NCBI GenBank assembly: GCA_048498595.1
Contig: JBEHXR010000001.1
Coordinates: 1 to 42,413 of the forward strand
Direction: 5' to 3'
Length of the DNA: 42,413 bases
Source: Bacteroidota bacterium
GTDB lineage: Bacteria > Bacteroidota > Bacteroidia > Chitinophagales > Chitinophagaceae
The notes beneath the pieces were generated by a model. The model was not told the origin of the DNA. It ran no database searches and worked only from the letters and a program-made list of their open reading frames with translations. This document shows, one piece after another, positions 1 through 8,238 of this stretch (position 1 is its first letter; each line of letters opens with the position of its first letter). The translations under genes were made by a program, and so were the position numbers.

Positions 1-324
1 AATCCCGCGCATAATTTACTGAGTGAAATCATTGCCACGTTTGTTTTTATATTAAGCGTTTTGTTTATTGTTACGCCATCAAACGAGCTGGGTTCGCTCG
101 ATGCTTTGCCTGTTGCTTTTGTTGTGCTGGCAATTGGTTTAAGTTTAGGTGGTCCTACGGGTTATCCCATTAATCCTGCAAGAGATTTAGGTCCGCGCAT
201 TATGCATGCTATTCTTCCCATAAAGAATAAAGGCACCAGCGATTGGAAGCATAGCTGGATTCCTGTTGTAGCGCCAATAGTTGGCGGTTTGCTTGCTGCG
301 GTTTTATTCCAGGCAATTCATTAA
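1..324 (+). CDS. glpF: Aquaglyceroporin / glycerol uptake facilitator (MIP family), 5'-truncated by the window edge
   Basis: Frame is open from base 1. GGPTGYPINPARDLGPR is the second NPA motif followed by R-D, typical of aquaglyceroporins; C-terminal WIPVVAPIVGG helix. Confidence 0.88.
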   Translation, partial: NPAHNLLSEIIATFVFILSVLFIVTPSNELGSLDALPVAFVVLAIGLSLGGPTGYPINPARDLGPRIMHAILPIKNKGTSDWKHSWIPVVAPIVGGLLAAVLFQAIH

Positions 325-483
325 TGAATATTTATTCATTTTAGTTTTGGGGCTCTCATCTTTCGCATGCTATCAACAGTGGTTCGGGCTTTACATTACA
401 AATACGGCACAAGGCAATGCACAAGCTTCACCGTGTTTTTCATTTCAATCCCGCAGCCATTCATCTTTTAAAATATTATCGGC

Positions 484-509
484 AAAAAAAATCCCGCAAG
501 AAGCGGGAT
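484..509 (-). terminator. Rho-independent terminator of the 514-888 gene
   Basis: Hairpin ATCCCGC-aagaa-GCGGGAT (491-509) next to an A-run at 484-490 (U-tract on the minus strand), 4 bp past the stop codon. Confidence 0.8.
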
Positions 510-513
510 CAAT

Positions 514-888
514 TTAATTTATTCTCACTGTAATAACGGAGGCTCCATCGCCTTTGTTCTTGAGCATTACGGTTAAATTATAATCTTGTGAAGTGCTTTT
601 TAATTTTCCGGCTATATACATGGTTCCGCTCATTTCACGTTGAGAAATAACTTCAAAACCATTAATGTTATTGCTGCTAAAAAAACTTTTCACCATGTTA
701 GCGGCATCCGTCTTGTTCACATTTTGCTTTTCATTTTCTTTCGGCAGCTTTACGTCAACAGTGCTGCTAAAATAGCTGGTGAACTCGTTTACATTTGCTG
801 TTTTTAATGCAGACACAACACCATTATCGTTTTGAGCGAAGGTTGAAATCGCAAATAAAAAACCAAGTATTGTAAATATCTTTTTCAT
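514..888 (-). CDS. Secreted DUF4783-like protein
   Basis: Signal peptide ending in FAQ; size and sequence (ALKTAN..FSSTVD..FFSSN) resemble Bacteroidota DUF4783. A -7-like TATCTTTA lies at 920-913. Confidence 0.65.
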   Translation of the reverse strand: MKKIFTILGFLFAISTFAQNDNGVVSALKTANVNEFTSYFSSTVDVKLPKENEKQNVNKTDAANMVKSFFSSNNINGFEVISQREMSGTMYIAGKLKSTSQDYNLTVMLKNKGDGASVITVRIN

Positions 889-1040
889 CTATTTTTATTA
901 TATATAACAGACTAAAGATACTCTTTATTGTTTAAGCTGTTTAGTTATGCAATTGTGAAATGCATTACAAAATATCGTGAATGTTAACGTAAATAAAAAA
1001 ATCAAAATATATAAAAACGAAAACTGTGTAGTTTTACAGC

Positions 1041-2573
1041 ATGACAAGCAAACGAACAATGTTAATTATAATGGATGGCTGGGGATTGGGGAAAGTTTAT
1101 TCATCTGATGCCATTCAACATGCGAAGACACCTTTTGTAAGTAGCCTGTACAGCAAATATCCGAACACTACTTTAACAACCTGCGGCGAAGCGGTTGGCT
1201 TGCCGGAAGGACAAATGGGCAACAGCGAAGTGGGACATTTGAATTTAGGCGCTGGCAGAATTGTTTACCAGGAACTGCAAAGAATAAATGTTGCGATTCG
1301 CAATGGTGAGTTTCAAAAAAATGAACATTTATTAAACGCAATTCAGTACGCGAAAGACAGCAACAAACCATTGCATTTAATAGGCTTGGTAAGTGATGGC
1401 GGCGTGCATTCTCACACGAATCATCTTAAAGCAGTCATTGATGTTTGCAAAGCACAAAATGTAAGTAATGTTTTTGTGCACGCATTTACGGATGGTCGCG
1501 ATACAGACCCGCACAGTGGTTTAGATTTTATAAAAGATTTACAGCAACACTTAAATAATTCGGTTGGAAAAATTGCAAGTGTAAGCGGAAGATATTATGC
1601 GATGGACCGCGATAAACGTTGGGAAAGAATTAAACTTGCTTATGATGCATTGGTAAATGGTGAAGGCACCAAAGCAACAGATGCAATTGCTGCGGTTGAA
1701 CAATCTTATGCTGCAAATGTTACGGATGAATTTATTAAGCCAACAGTTATTGTTGATGAAGCACAGCAACCACTTGCAACCATTAAAGATGGCGATGCCG
1801 TTATCTGTTTTAATTTTCGTACAGACCGTTGCCGCGAAATTACTGTTGCACTTACACAGCAGGATTTTCCCGAACATCAAATGCATGCTTTAAAATTGTA
1901 CTATACAACAATGACGGAGTATGATAAAACATTTAAAGATGTACACATCATTTTTGAAAATGATAATTTAAATAATACGCTGGGTGAGATTCTTGAACAG
2001 AATAATAAAAAGCAAATACGCATTGCAGAAACAGAAAAATATCCGCACGTAACATTCTTTTTTAGCGGCGGAAGAGAAACGCCGTTCAATGGCGAAAGCC
2101 GCATTCTTGTGCCATCACCAAAAGTTGCCACGTATGATTTAAAACCTGAAATGAGTGCTTATGAAGTAACAGATAAACTCATTCCTGAAATTGAAAATGA
2201 AACTGCAGATTTTATTTGTTTGAATTTTGCGAACGCAGATATGGTGGGTCACACCGGTGTTTGGGAAGCAGTAATAAAAGCGGTTGAAACAGTTGATAGT
2301 TGTGTAGAAAAAGTTGTTACAGCAGGTCTTGAACATGGTTACACCATCTTCTTAACTGCAGACCACGGCAATGCAGACTATGAGATAAATGAAGATGGTT
2401 CTCCCAATACGCAACACTCATTAAACCCTGTTCCGTTCTTTATAATTGATAAAGATTGGAGAGGCGAAGTAAAACCGGGAAAGCTTGGAGATTTAGCGCC
2501 AACAATTCTTACATTTATGGGGTTGCCTGTTCCAAAAGAAATGACTGGCAATATTCTTGCTTCAAACAAATAA
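1041..2573 (+). CDS. gpmI: 2,3-bisphosphoglycerate-independent phosphoglycerate mutase
   Basis: IMDGWG, GQMGNSEVGHLNLGAGR, SDGGVHSH, AMDRDKRWER, AETEKYPHVTFF, DMVGHTG and TADHGNA motifs; 510 aa. Confidence 0.97.
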   Translation: MTSKRTMLIIMDGWGLGKVYSSDAIQHAKTPFVSSLYSKYPNTTLTTCGEAVGLPEGQMGNSEVGHLNLGAGRIVYQELQRINVAIRNGEFQKNEHLLNAIQYAKDSNKPLHLIGLVSDGGVHSHTNHLKAVIDVCKAQNVSNVFVHAFTDGRDTDPHSGLDFIKDLQQHLNNSVGKIASVSGRYYAMDRDKRWERIKLAYDALVNGEGTKATDAIAAVEQSYAANVTDEFIKPTVIVDEAQQPLATIKDGDAVICFNFRTDRCREITVALTQQDFPEHQMHALKLYYTTMTEYDKTFKDVHIIFENDNLNNTLGEILEQNNKKQIRIAETEKYPHVTFFFSGGRETPFNGESRILVPSPKVATYDLKPEMSAYEVTDKLIPEIENETADFICLNFANADMVGHTGVWEAVIKAVETVDSCVEKVVTAGLEHGYTIFLTADHGNADYEINEDGSPNTQHSLNPVPFFIIDKDWRGEVKPGKLGDLAPTILTFMGLPVPKEMTGNILASNK

Positions 2574-2575
2574 AT

Positions 2576-3067
2576 ATGCTAAAACGAATCTTACTCATTC
2601 TGCTGATAATATTTATCGCCATTCAATTTTTTCACCCTGAAAAAAATATTCAACCAGGTCCGCAGCCAAACGATATTTCAACATTGTATCCTGTTCCTCC
2701 TGATGTTGATTCAATTTTAGTAGTGGCTTGTAAAGATTGTCACACCAACAACACGCGTTATCCATGGTATAACAAGGTTCAGCCGGTTGCATGGTTTTTA
2801 GATAATCATGTTCGTGATGGCAAACGCTCCTTCAACTTAAATGAGTTTGCAACTTACCCTGCGTGGCGTCAATATGATAAAATTTCAGAAGTGAAAAAAC
2901 AAATTGATAAAGGTGATATGCCTTTATCTTCTTACACCTGGATTCATAAAGATGCTATTTTAACGGACGCGCAAAAGAATACAATTGAATCTTGGAGTGA
3001 AGGAATAAAAAAGCAAATGGAAGCAAAATATCCGCAGGATAGTTTAAAGAGACCAGAAAGAAAATAA
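2576..3067 (+). CDS. Heme-binding-domain monoheme c-type cytochrome
   Basis: Start re-assigned to ATG 2576, 2 bp after the gpmI stop. N-terminal membrane anchor, CKDCH heme motif, YPWY, and distal Met in MPL. Confidence 0.8.
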   Translation: MLKRILLILLIIFIAIQFFHPEKNIQPGPQPNDISTLYPVPPDVDSILVVACKDCHTNNTRYPWYNKVQPVAWFLDNHVRDGKRSFNLNEFATYPAWRQYDKISEVKKQIDKGDMPLSSYTWIHKDAILTDAQKNTIESWSEGIKKQMEAKYPQDSLKRPERK

Positions 3068-3129
3068 CCGCTTATACATTCTCTGTTTTTTCTTGTTCAT
3101 GGTTTTGTAGATTAGTTTAAAATACTTGT

Positions 3130-3282
3130 ATGGACAGAGCGCTTACAACTCCTGCAAAGAAATCAGTATTTCAATTTGACGCTCTCGACCTGTTCCCATA
3201 TACAATCGCGTTGCTGATGTTGTGTGCTGAAATTTATATACTCAATGGCTTTGTTGTGTTTACACATATGCTGCATCATTAA
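3130..3282 (+). CDS. Small putative membrane protein, 50 aa (not in the ORF track)
   Basis: ATG 3130 to TAA 3282 encodes MDRALTTPAKKSVFQFDALDLFPYTIALLMLCAEIYILNGFVVFTHMLHH. It fills most of the intergenic gap and has a -7-like TAGATTAG at 3108-3115. Confidence 0.45.
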   Translation: MDRALTTPAKKSVFQFDALDLFPYTIALLMLCAEIYILNGFVVFTHMLHH

Positions 3283-3325
3283 ATACATCGCCCTTCTTTG
3301 CAAACTTTGTTTCTTTGCGTGAAAT

Positions 3326-3988
3326 ATGCAAATCACAAAAGCAACATATCTTATCTCAAGTCCGTCATTTGATAAATGCCCGAAACCCGACAGACCGGAA
3401 TATGCATTCATCGGCAGAAGTAATGTTGGCAAATCATCATTAATAAATATGTTGTGCAACAATTCAAAGCTTGCAAAAATCTCAGTAACGCCCGGTAAAA
3501 CACAACTCATAAATCACTACACAATAGAAAGTACAACTTCAAAATCAAACCTGCCTGCCGGTAGGCATGGTAAGGCAAATTGGTATTTGGTTGATTTACC
3601 CGGTTATGGTTATGCAAAACGTTCGCAGCAGCAACGTAAGCAATGGAGTAAAATGATTGAAGATTATATGCGCAAAAGAAAAAACCTTGTGAACATTTTT
3701 GTATTGATTGATGCACGACATGAACCGCAAAAAATTGATTTGGAGTTTGTAAATGATTTGGGCGAATGGCAATTGCCTTTCACAATTGTTTTTACAAAAG
3801 CGGATAAAGAAAAACCCGGTGCAGTGGAAAGAAATGTGAAATCATTTTTTGAAAAGATGAAAGAGAACTGGCAGTTTCTTCCGCAATATTTTGTTACCAG
3901 TGCAATTTCAAAACGAGGCAAAGAAGAAGTGTTGGATTTTATTGGTGATTGTAATAAAACGTATCAACAAAATGAAAAAGATATTTGA
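3326..3988 (+). CDS. engB: Ribosome biogenesis GTPase YihA/YsxC
   Basis: GRSNVGKSSLIN, TPGKTQLIN, DLPGYGYA and TKADK motifs. Confidence 0.95.
   Translation: MQITKATYLISSPSFDKCPKPDRPEYAFIGRSNVGKSSLINMLCNNSKLAKISVTPGKTQLINHYTIESTTSKSNLPAGRHGKANWYLVDLPGYGYAKRSQQQRKQWSKMIEDYMRKRKNLVNIFVLIDARHEPQKIDLEFVNDLGEWQLPFTIVFTKADKEKPGAVERNVKSFFEKMKENWQFLPQYFVTSAISKRGKEEVLDFIGDCNKTYQQNEKDI
3549..3571. repeat. GC-rich palindromic (REP-like) element embedded in frame in engB
   Basis: ACCTGCCTGCC|GGTAGGCATGGT is near-palindromic around CCGG (one G-T mismatch, one bulge) and translates as LPAGRHG. Confidence 0.6.
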
Positions 3989-4202
3989 CGTATTTGTTGA
4001 GTTGATATTCTGGTTTGCAATCTTTGCTTCACCGCTTTTAATAAGTTTAGCAATTGCGACAATAATTTATTTTTCGAATGAAAAGCTATTGGGGCTTTCA
4101 ATTTTTATTTCATCCATCGGTTTTCTAACAGGAATTTTTATAGCTGAAAAAATTCGACGCAAACAAGGCTGCTCAAACTTTTTTTCAACACTTTTTAAGT
4201 AG
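3972..4202 (+). CDS. Small two-helix membrane protein
   Basis: ATG 3972 overlaps the engB 3' end; two hydrophobic stretches followed by a basic tail (EKIRRKQG). Confidence 0.65.
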   Translation: MKKIFDVFVELIFWFAIFASPLLISLAIATIIYFSNEKLLGLSIFISSIGFLTGIFIAEKIRRKQGCSNFFSTLFK

Positions 4203-4246
4203 AACTTTTTTGATTATCCTTTCAAGAGAGGTTCGGATGACCTCGT

Positions 4247-4254
4247 TACATTTG
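4247..4254 (+). promoter_or_regulatory. Bacteroidota -7 promoter element of gltX
   Basis: TACATTTG is a perfect TAnnTTTG match, 4 nt before the ATG at 4259. Confidence 0.7.
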
Positions 4255-4258
4255 CAGC

Positions 4259-5773
4259 ATGAATAAAAAAGTGAGAGTACGTTTTGCCCCTTCACCAACC
4301 GGTGGTTTGCATATTGGCGGCATGAGAACTGTTTTATTTAATTATTTGTTTGCGAAACATAACAACGGAGATTTTATTTTACGCATAGAAGATACAGACC
4401 AAAACCGTTTTGTGCCCGGCGCAGAAGAATACATTTTTGAGTGTTTAAAATGGTGCGGTTTAGAGCCTGATGAAAGCGTGATTCATGGCGGACAATATGA
4501 ACCCTATCGCCAAAGCGAAAGAAAAGAGATGTACAAACAATATGCTGAGCAATTAATAAAAGATGGTAACGCATATTATGCATTTGATACCCCGCAAGAG
4601 CTTGAAGAAAAAAGAAAAGCAATTCCAAATTTTCAATACAATATTTCATCGCGCAGTGAAATGAAAAATTCATTGACGTTAAGTAATGATGAAACACAAA
4701 ATTTATTGAAAACAAACACATCTTATGTTATAAGAATAAAAATGCCGGAAGATGAAACAGTGAATTTTGTTGATATGATTCGAGGTGAAGTGCATTTCAA
4801 TACTTCACAAGTTGATGATAAAGTTTTATTGAAAACGGATGGAATGCCAACATATCATTTAGCAGTTGTTGTTGACGATTATTTAATGAAAATCACACAC
4901 GCATTTCGCGGCGAAGAATGGTTGCCTTCATCGCCTGTTCATATATTATTATGGCAATATTTATTTGGAATTGAGAACATGCCGCAATGGGCGCATCTTC
5001 CTCTCATTTTAAAACCAGATGGCAAAGGAAAGTTAAGCAAGCGTGATGGAGATCGTTTAGGTTTTCCTGTGTTTGCAATGAATTGGACTGACCCAAAAAC
5101 CGGCGAGCTAACACATGGTTTTCGTGAACGCGGTTTTTTGCCGGAAGCATTCATTAATTTTCTTGCGTTGTTAGGTTGGAATGATGGAACTGAACAGGAA
5201 ATTTTTTCGGTGGATGAATTGATTGAAAAATTTTCAATAGAGCGTGTGCATAAAGCCGGTGCAAAATTCGATTATGAAAAAGCAAAATGGTTCAATCATG
5301 AATGGATAAAGAAGTTGACAGTTGACAATTTACAGTTGACAATGAAAAAAGTTTTGAATGATGCGGGAATAGAAATTAATGATGATGAAAAACTAAAAAC
5401 CGTTATTGAATTAGTAAAAGACCGCTGCACATTGTTGACTGATTTTGTTCAGCAAGCTTCATTCTTTTTTCAATCACCTAAAGAAATTGATGTAAATGCA
5501 ATTAAACCAAAATGGAATGAACACAAGCAACAATTTTTTGCTGAACTAATGCGCTGTTATGAATTCATTTCAACATGGCATCATGAAGAACTTGAGAATA
5601 CTTTTAAAGAGTTAGCTGCAGCCAGTCAAATAAAACCGGGCGATGTTCTATTGCCTTTACGTATAATGCTTGTTGGTGGAAAATTTGGTCCCCATGTTTT
5701 TAATATTGCTGAAGTATTGGGGAAAGAAGAAACAGTCAATCGTATAAAACATACATTGCAATTACTGCAATAA
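4259..5773 (+). CDS. gltX: Glutamate--tRNA ligase
   Basis: VRFAPSPTGGLHIGG (HIGH motif), LRIEDTDQ, PTYHLA, RGEEW and KLSKR (KMSKS motif). Confidence 0.97.
   Translation: MNKKVRVRFAPSPTGGLHIGGMRTVLFNYLFAKHNNGDFILRIEDTDQNRFVPGAEEYIFECLKWCGLEPDESVIHGGQYEPYRQSERKEMYKQYAEQLIKDGNAYYAFDTPQELEEKRKAIPNFQYNISSRSEMKNSLTLSNDETQNLLKTNTSYVIRIKMPEDETVNFVDMIRGEVHFNTSQVDDKVLLKTDGMPTYHLAVVVDDYLMKITHAFRGEEWLPSSPVHILLWQYLFGIENMPQWAHLPLILKPDGKGKLSKRDGDRLGFPVFAMNWTDPKTGELTHGFRERGFLPEAFINFLALLGWNDGTEQEIFSVDELIEKFSIERVHKAGAKFDYEKAKWFNHEWIKKLTVDNLQLTMKKVLNDAGIEINDDEKLKTVIELVKDRCTLLTDFVQQASFFFQSPKEIDVNAIKPKWNEHKQQFFAELMRCYEFISTWHHEELENTFKELAAASQIKPGDVLLPLRIMLVGGKFGPHVFNIAEVLGKEETVNRIKHTLQLLQ
5313..5340 (+). repeat. 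Heptamer tandem repeat inside gltX
   Basis: AGTTGAC AGTTGAC AATTTAC AGTTGAC. Confidence 0.7.
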
Positions 5774-5821
5774 TTTTAATTTAGCACTGAGAAATATTTT
5801 TGTTTTAAAACTCATAACGAT

Positions 5822-6637
5822 ATGCTTACAACATCATTGCCTGATATCAATAATCAAATAAAAGTGTCTGAAGAAAACATAAAAGAGTTTCGTGAAAAAG
5901 GTCACACGCTTACAAGAGGCTTATTAAGCAAGGATGAAGTGGAAGCCTATCATGAAGTAATAAGAAATGCTGCAGAGAAATACAATACAGAAAAACGCAA
6001 AATGGAAAACCGCGACACTTATGGCAAAGCATTCTTGCAGGTAATGAATTTGTGGCGCAATGATGATGCAGTTAAAAAATTTGTGATGAGCAAACGCTTT
6101 GCAAAAGTGGCGGCAGATTTATTAGGCGTGAATAATGTTCGTATTTATCATGACCAGGCTTTATATAAAGAACCCGGTGGCGGACCAACGCCCTGGCACC
6201 AGGACCAATATTACTGGCCGATTGATACAACAAATACAATTACCATGTGGATGCCGCTTGTTGATATAACAATTGATATGGGTATGCTTACGTTTGCTTC
6301 CGGCTCGCATACAAAAGGAAGTGTGTTTAACTATGAAATTTCTGATGAATCAGAATCTGAATTTGACAGGTATGTAAAAGAAAATAAGTTTGAAATTTCC
6401 CGCGCTACAACAATGAAAGCCGGCGATGCAACATGGCACTATGGTTTTACTATTCACAATGCACCGGGTAATCAATCGCAGACTATGCGTGAAGTGATGA
6501 CAATCATTTATCTGGCGGATGATGCAAAAATTACAATGCCAAAAAATAAATGGCAGGAGAATGATTTAAAAACATGGCTGGCGAGTAAGCCTGTTGGCTC
6601 ATTAGCAGATTCAGAATTAAATCCATTAGTGTTATAA
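5822..6637 (+). CDS. Phytanoyl-CoA dioxygenase (PhyH) family Fe/2-oxoglutarate dioxygenase
   Basis: TPWHQD (HxD), GSH and distal His in TIHNA, followed by Arg; 271 aa. Confidence 0.88.
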   Translation: MLTTSLPDINNQIKVSEENIKEFREKGHTLTRGLLSKDEVEAYHEVIRNAAEKYNTEKRKMENRDTYGKAFLQVMNLWRNDDAVKKFVMSKRFAKVAADLLGVNNVRIYHDQALYKEPGGGPTPWHQDQYYWPIDTTNTITMWMPLVDITIDMGMLTFASGSHTKGSVFNYEISDESESEFDRYVKENKFEISRATTMKAGDATWHYGFTIHNAPGNQSQTMREVMTIIYLADDAKITMPKNKWQENDLKTWLASKPVGSLADSELNPLVL

Positions 6638-6645
6638 TCATTGCA

Positions 6646-8202
6646 ATGAAAAAATTTTCGTTTGCGTTTTTGTTGTGTTTGCTCACATCACAAATAATTC
6701 ATGCGCAAAACAACCAGCCAAAAGCAGAAATCATCTATCATGTTTTTCAAAGAAGTTTTTATGATAGTAACGGTGATTTGCAGGGCGATTTACAAGGGCT
6801 TGAACAAAAGTTAGATTACTTGCAGGATTTAGGTGTTACATCAATTCTTTTGTTGCCTTTATATGAATCTGTTTTCTATCATAACTATTTCGCAATTGAT
6901 TTTGCAAAGATTGACCAGGAGTTTGGTTCGATGCAGGACTATATTAATCTTGTAAAAGAAGTGCATCGCCGCCACATGAAGATTTATCTCGACATGGAAA
7001 CGCAGTATGTAACGGAAGACCAGTTGTGGTGGAAAAATTCTTATAATAATTTAAAATCGAAATACAGCGATTATATTTTGTGGGATGATTCTTCGCATAC
7101 AAAACCATCCAGTATTGTGTTCGGTGTTACTGGTTTGTTAGGTTTTGACAGCACTTACCGAAGAATAACAACTGCGAATCTTTATAGCAAAGGCGTGCAG
7201 GATTACAATTATAAATTGTTTAGCTATTTTGTTGACCCGAATCATGATGGAAAATTTGATGATGGTGCTGATGGTTTTCGTTTAGATCACATGATGGATG
7301 ATTTGGATTATAAAGGAAGACTAACAAATCTTTTTCAAAAGTTTTGGACACCATTGTTAGATGGATTACGCAAAATAAATCCGCAATTAAAAATCGTTGC
7401 AGAACAAGCCAACTGGGCTTCGTACGGTTTTGATTATTTTTCAAAAGGTGATGTTGACAGAGTGTTTGCTTTTGGTTTGCAATATGCTATTTCATCTTTT
7501 GATAAAAAGAAAATAACCATGATGGCTGATACAATTCTTGGTGAAACGCCCGCCAACAAACAGCAGGTTGTTTTTATTGAGAACCATGATATGAAACGTT
7601 TTGCATCTGCGGTGAATAAAAATTTAGATAAGGAAAAAGTTGGCGCTGCATTTAATTTATTAATTGGCGGCTTGCCTTCTATTTATTATGGACAAGAGCT
7701 TGGTATGTTTGGTGCTGGTGGCTTTGGACGATTTAATAGCAGTGATGGCAATGATATTCCGCAACGTGAAGCATTTGAGTGGAATGCATCAGACAATGGA
7801 AAAGGAATGGCGCTTTGGTATAAAAACACTGGTCCGTGGTGGGATAGTACAAATGATATTGCAAACGATGGCATTTCATTGGAAGAAGAAAAAAGTAATC
7901 CCAATTCAATTTATAATTATTATAAAAAACTGATTGCATTGCGTGAATCGAATGATGCTTTAGGTTTTGGAAATTACACAACCATCAATAACAACAATGA
8001 TTCTGTTGTAACATTTATGCGTTCTTATAAAAATGAAAATGTTATTGTTGCTGTGAATTTGTCTTCATCAAAACAAGCGGTTGATTTTAGTGATAATTCT
8101 TTTGCGAGTAAACATTTTAAAACATTATTTGGAGATGAAAACATTAATCAATCATCTTTTGATTTGAATGCGTATGAAGTTTGTGTGTGGAGAGAAGAAT
8201 AA
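6646..8202 (+). CDS. Secreted GH13 alpha-amylase-family glycosidase
   Basis: Signal peptide; SFYDSNGD..GDLQG..KLDYLQDLGV; catalytic regions DGFRLD, VAEQ and FIENHD; IYYGQELG. Confidence 0.88.
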   Translation: MKKFSFAFLLCLLTSQIIHAQNNQPKAEIIYHVFQRSFYDSNGDLQGDLQGLEQKLDYLQDLGVTSILLLPLYESVFYHNYFAIDFAKIDQEFGSMQDYINLVKEVHRRHMKIYLDMETQYVTEDQLWWKNSYNNLKSKYSDYILWDDSSHTKPSSIVFGVTGLLGFDSTYRRITTANLYSKGVQDYNYKLFSYFVDPNHDGKFDDGADGFRLDHMMDDLDYKGRLTNLFQKFWTPLLDGLRKINPQLKIVAEQANWASYGFDYFSKGDVDRVFAFGLQYAISSFDKKKITMMADTILGETPANKQQVVFIENHDMKRFASAVNKNLDKEKVGAAFNLLIGGLPSIYYGQELGMFGAGGFGRFNSSDGNDIPQREAFEWNASDNGKGMALWYKNTGPWWDSTNDIANDGISLEEEKSNPNSIYNYYKKLIALRESNDALGFGNYTTINNNNDSVVTFMRSYKNENVIVAVNLSSSKQAVDFSDNSFASKHFKTLFGDENINQSSFDLNAYEVCVWREE

Positions 8203-8238
8203 ATTCATCATCCTATCTTTATTCTACAATAAATCGTA

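Noticed and set aside
323-340. Inverted repeat AATGAATA-tt-TATTCATT after the glpF stop
   Set aside because: Almost all A/T with a 2-nt loop; expected by chance in this base composition.
281-517. 78-aa plus-strand ORF between glpF and the DUF4783 gene
   Set aside because: It overlaps glpF out of frame, runs through the terminator hairpin, has a non-ATG start and shows no recognizable motif.
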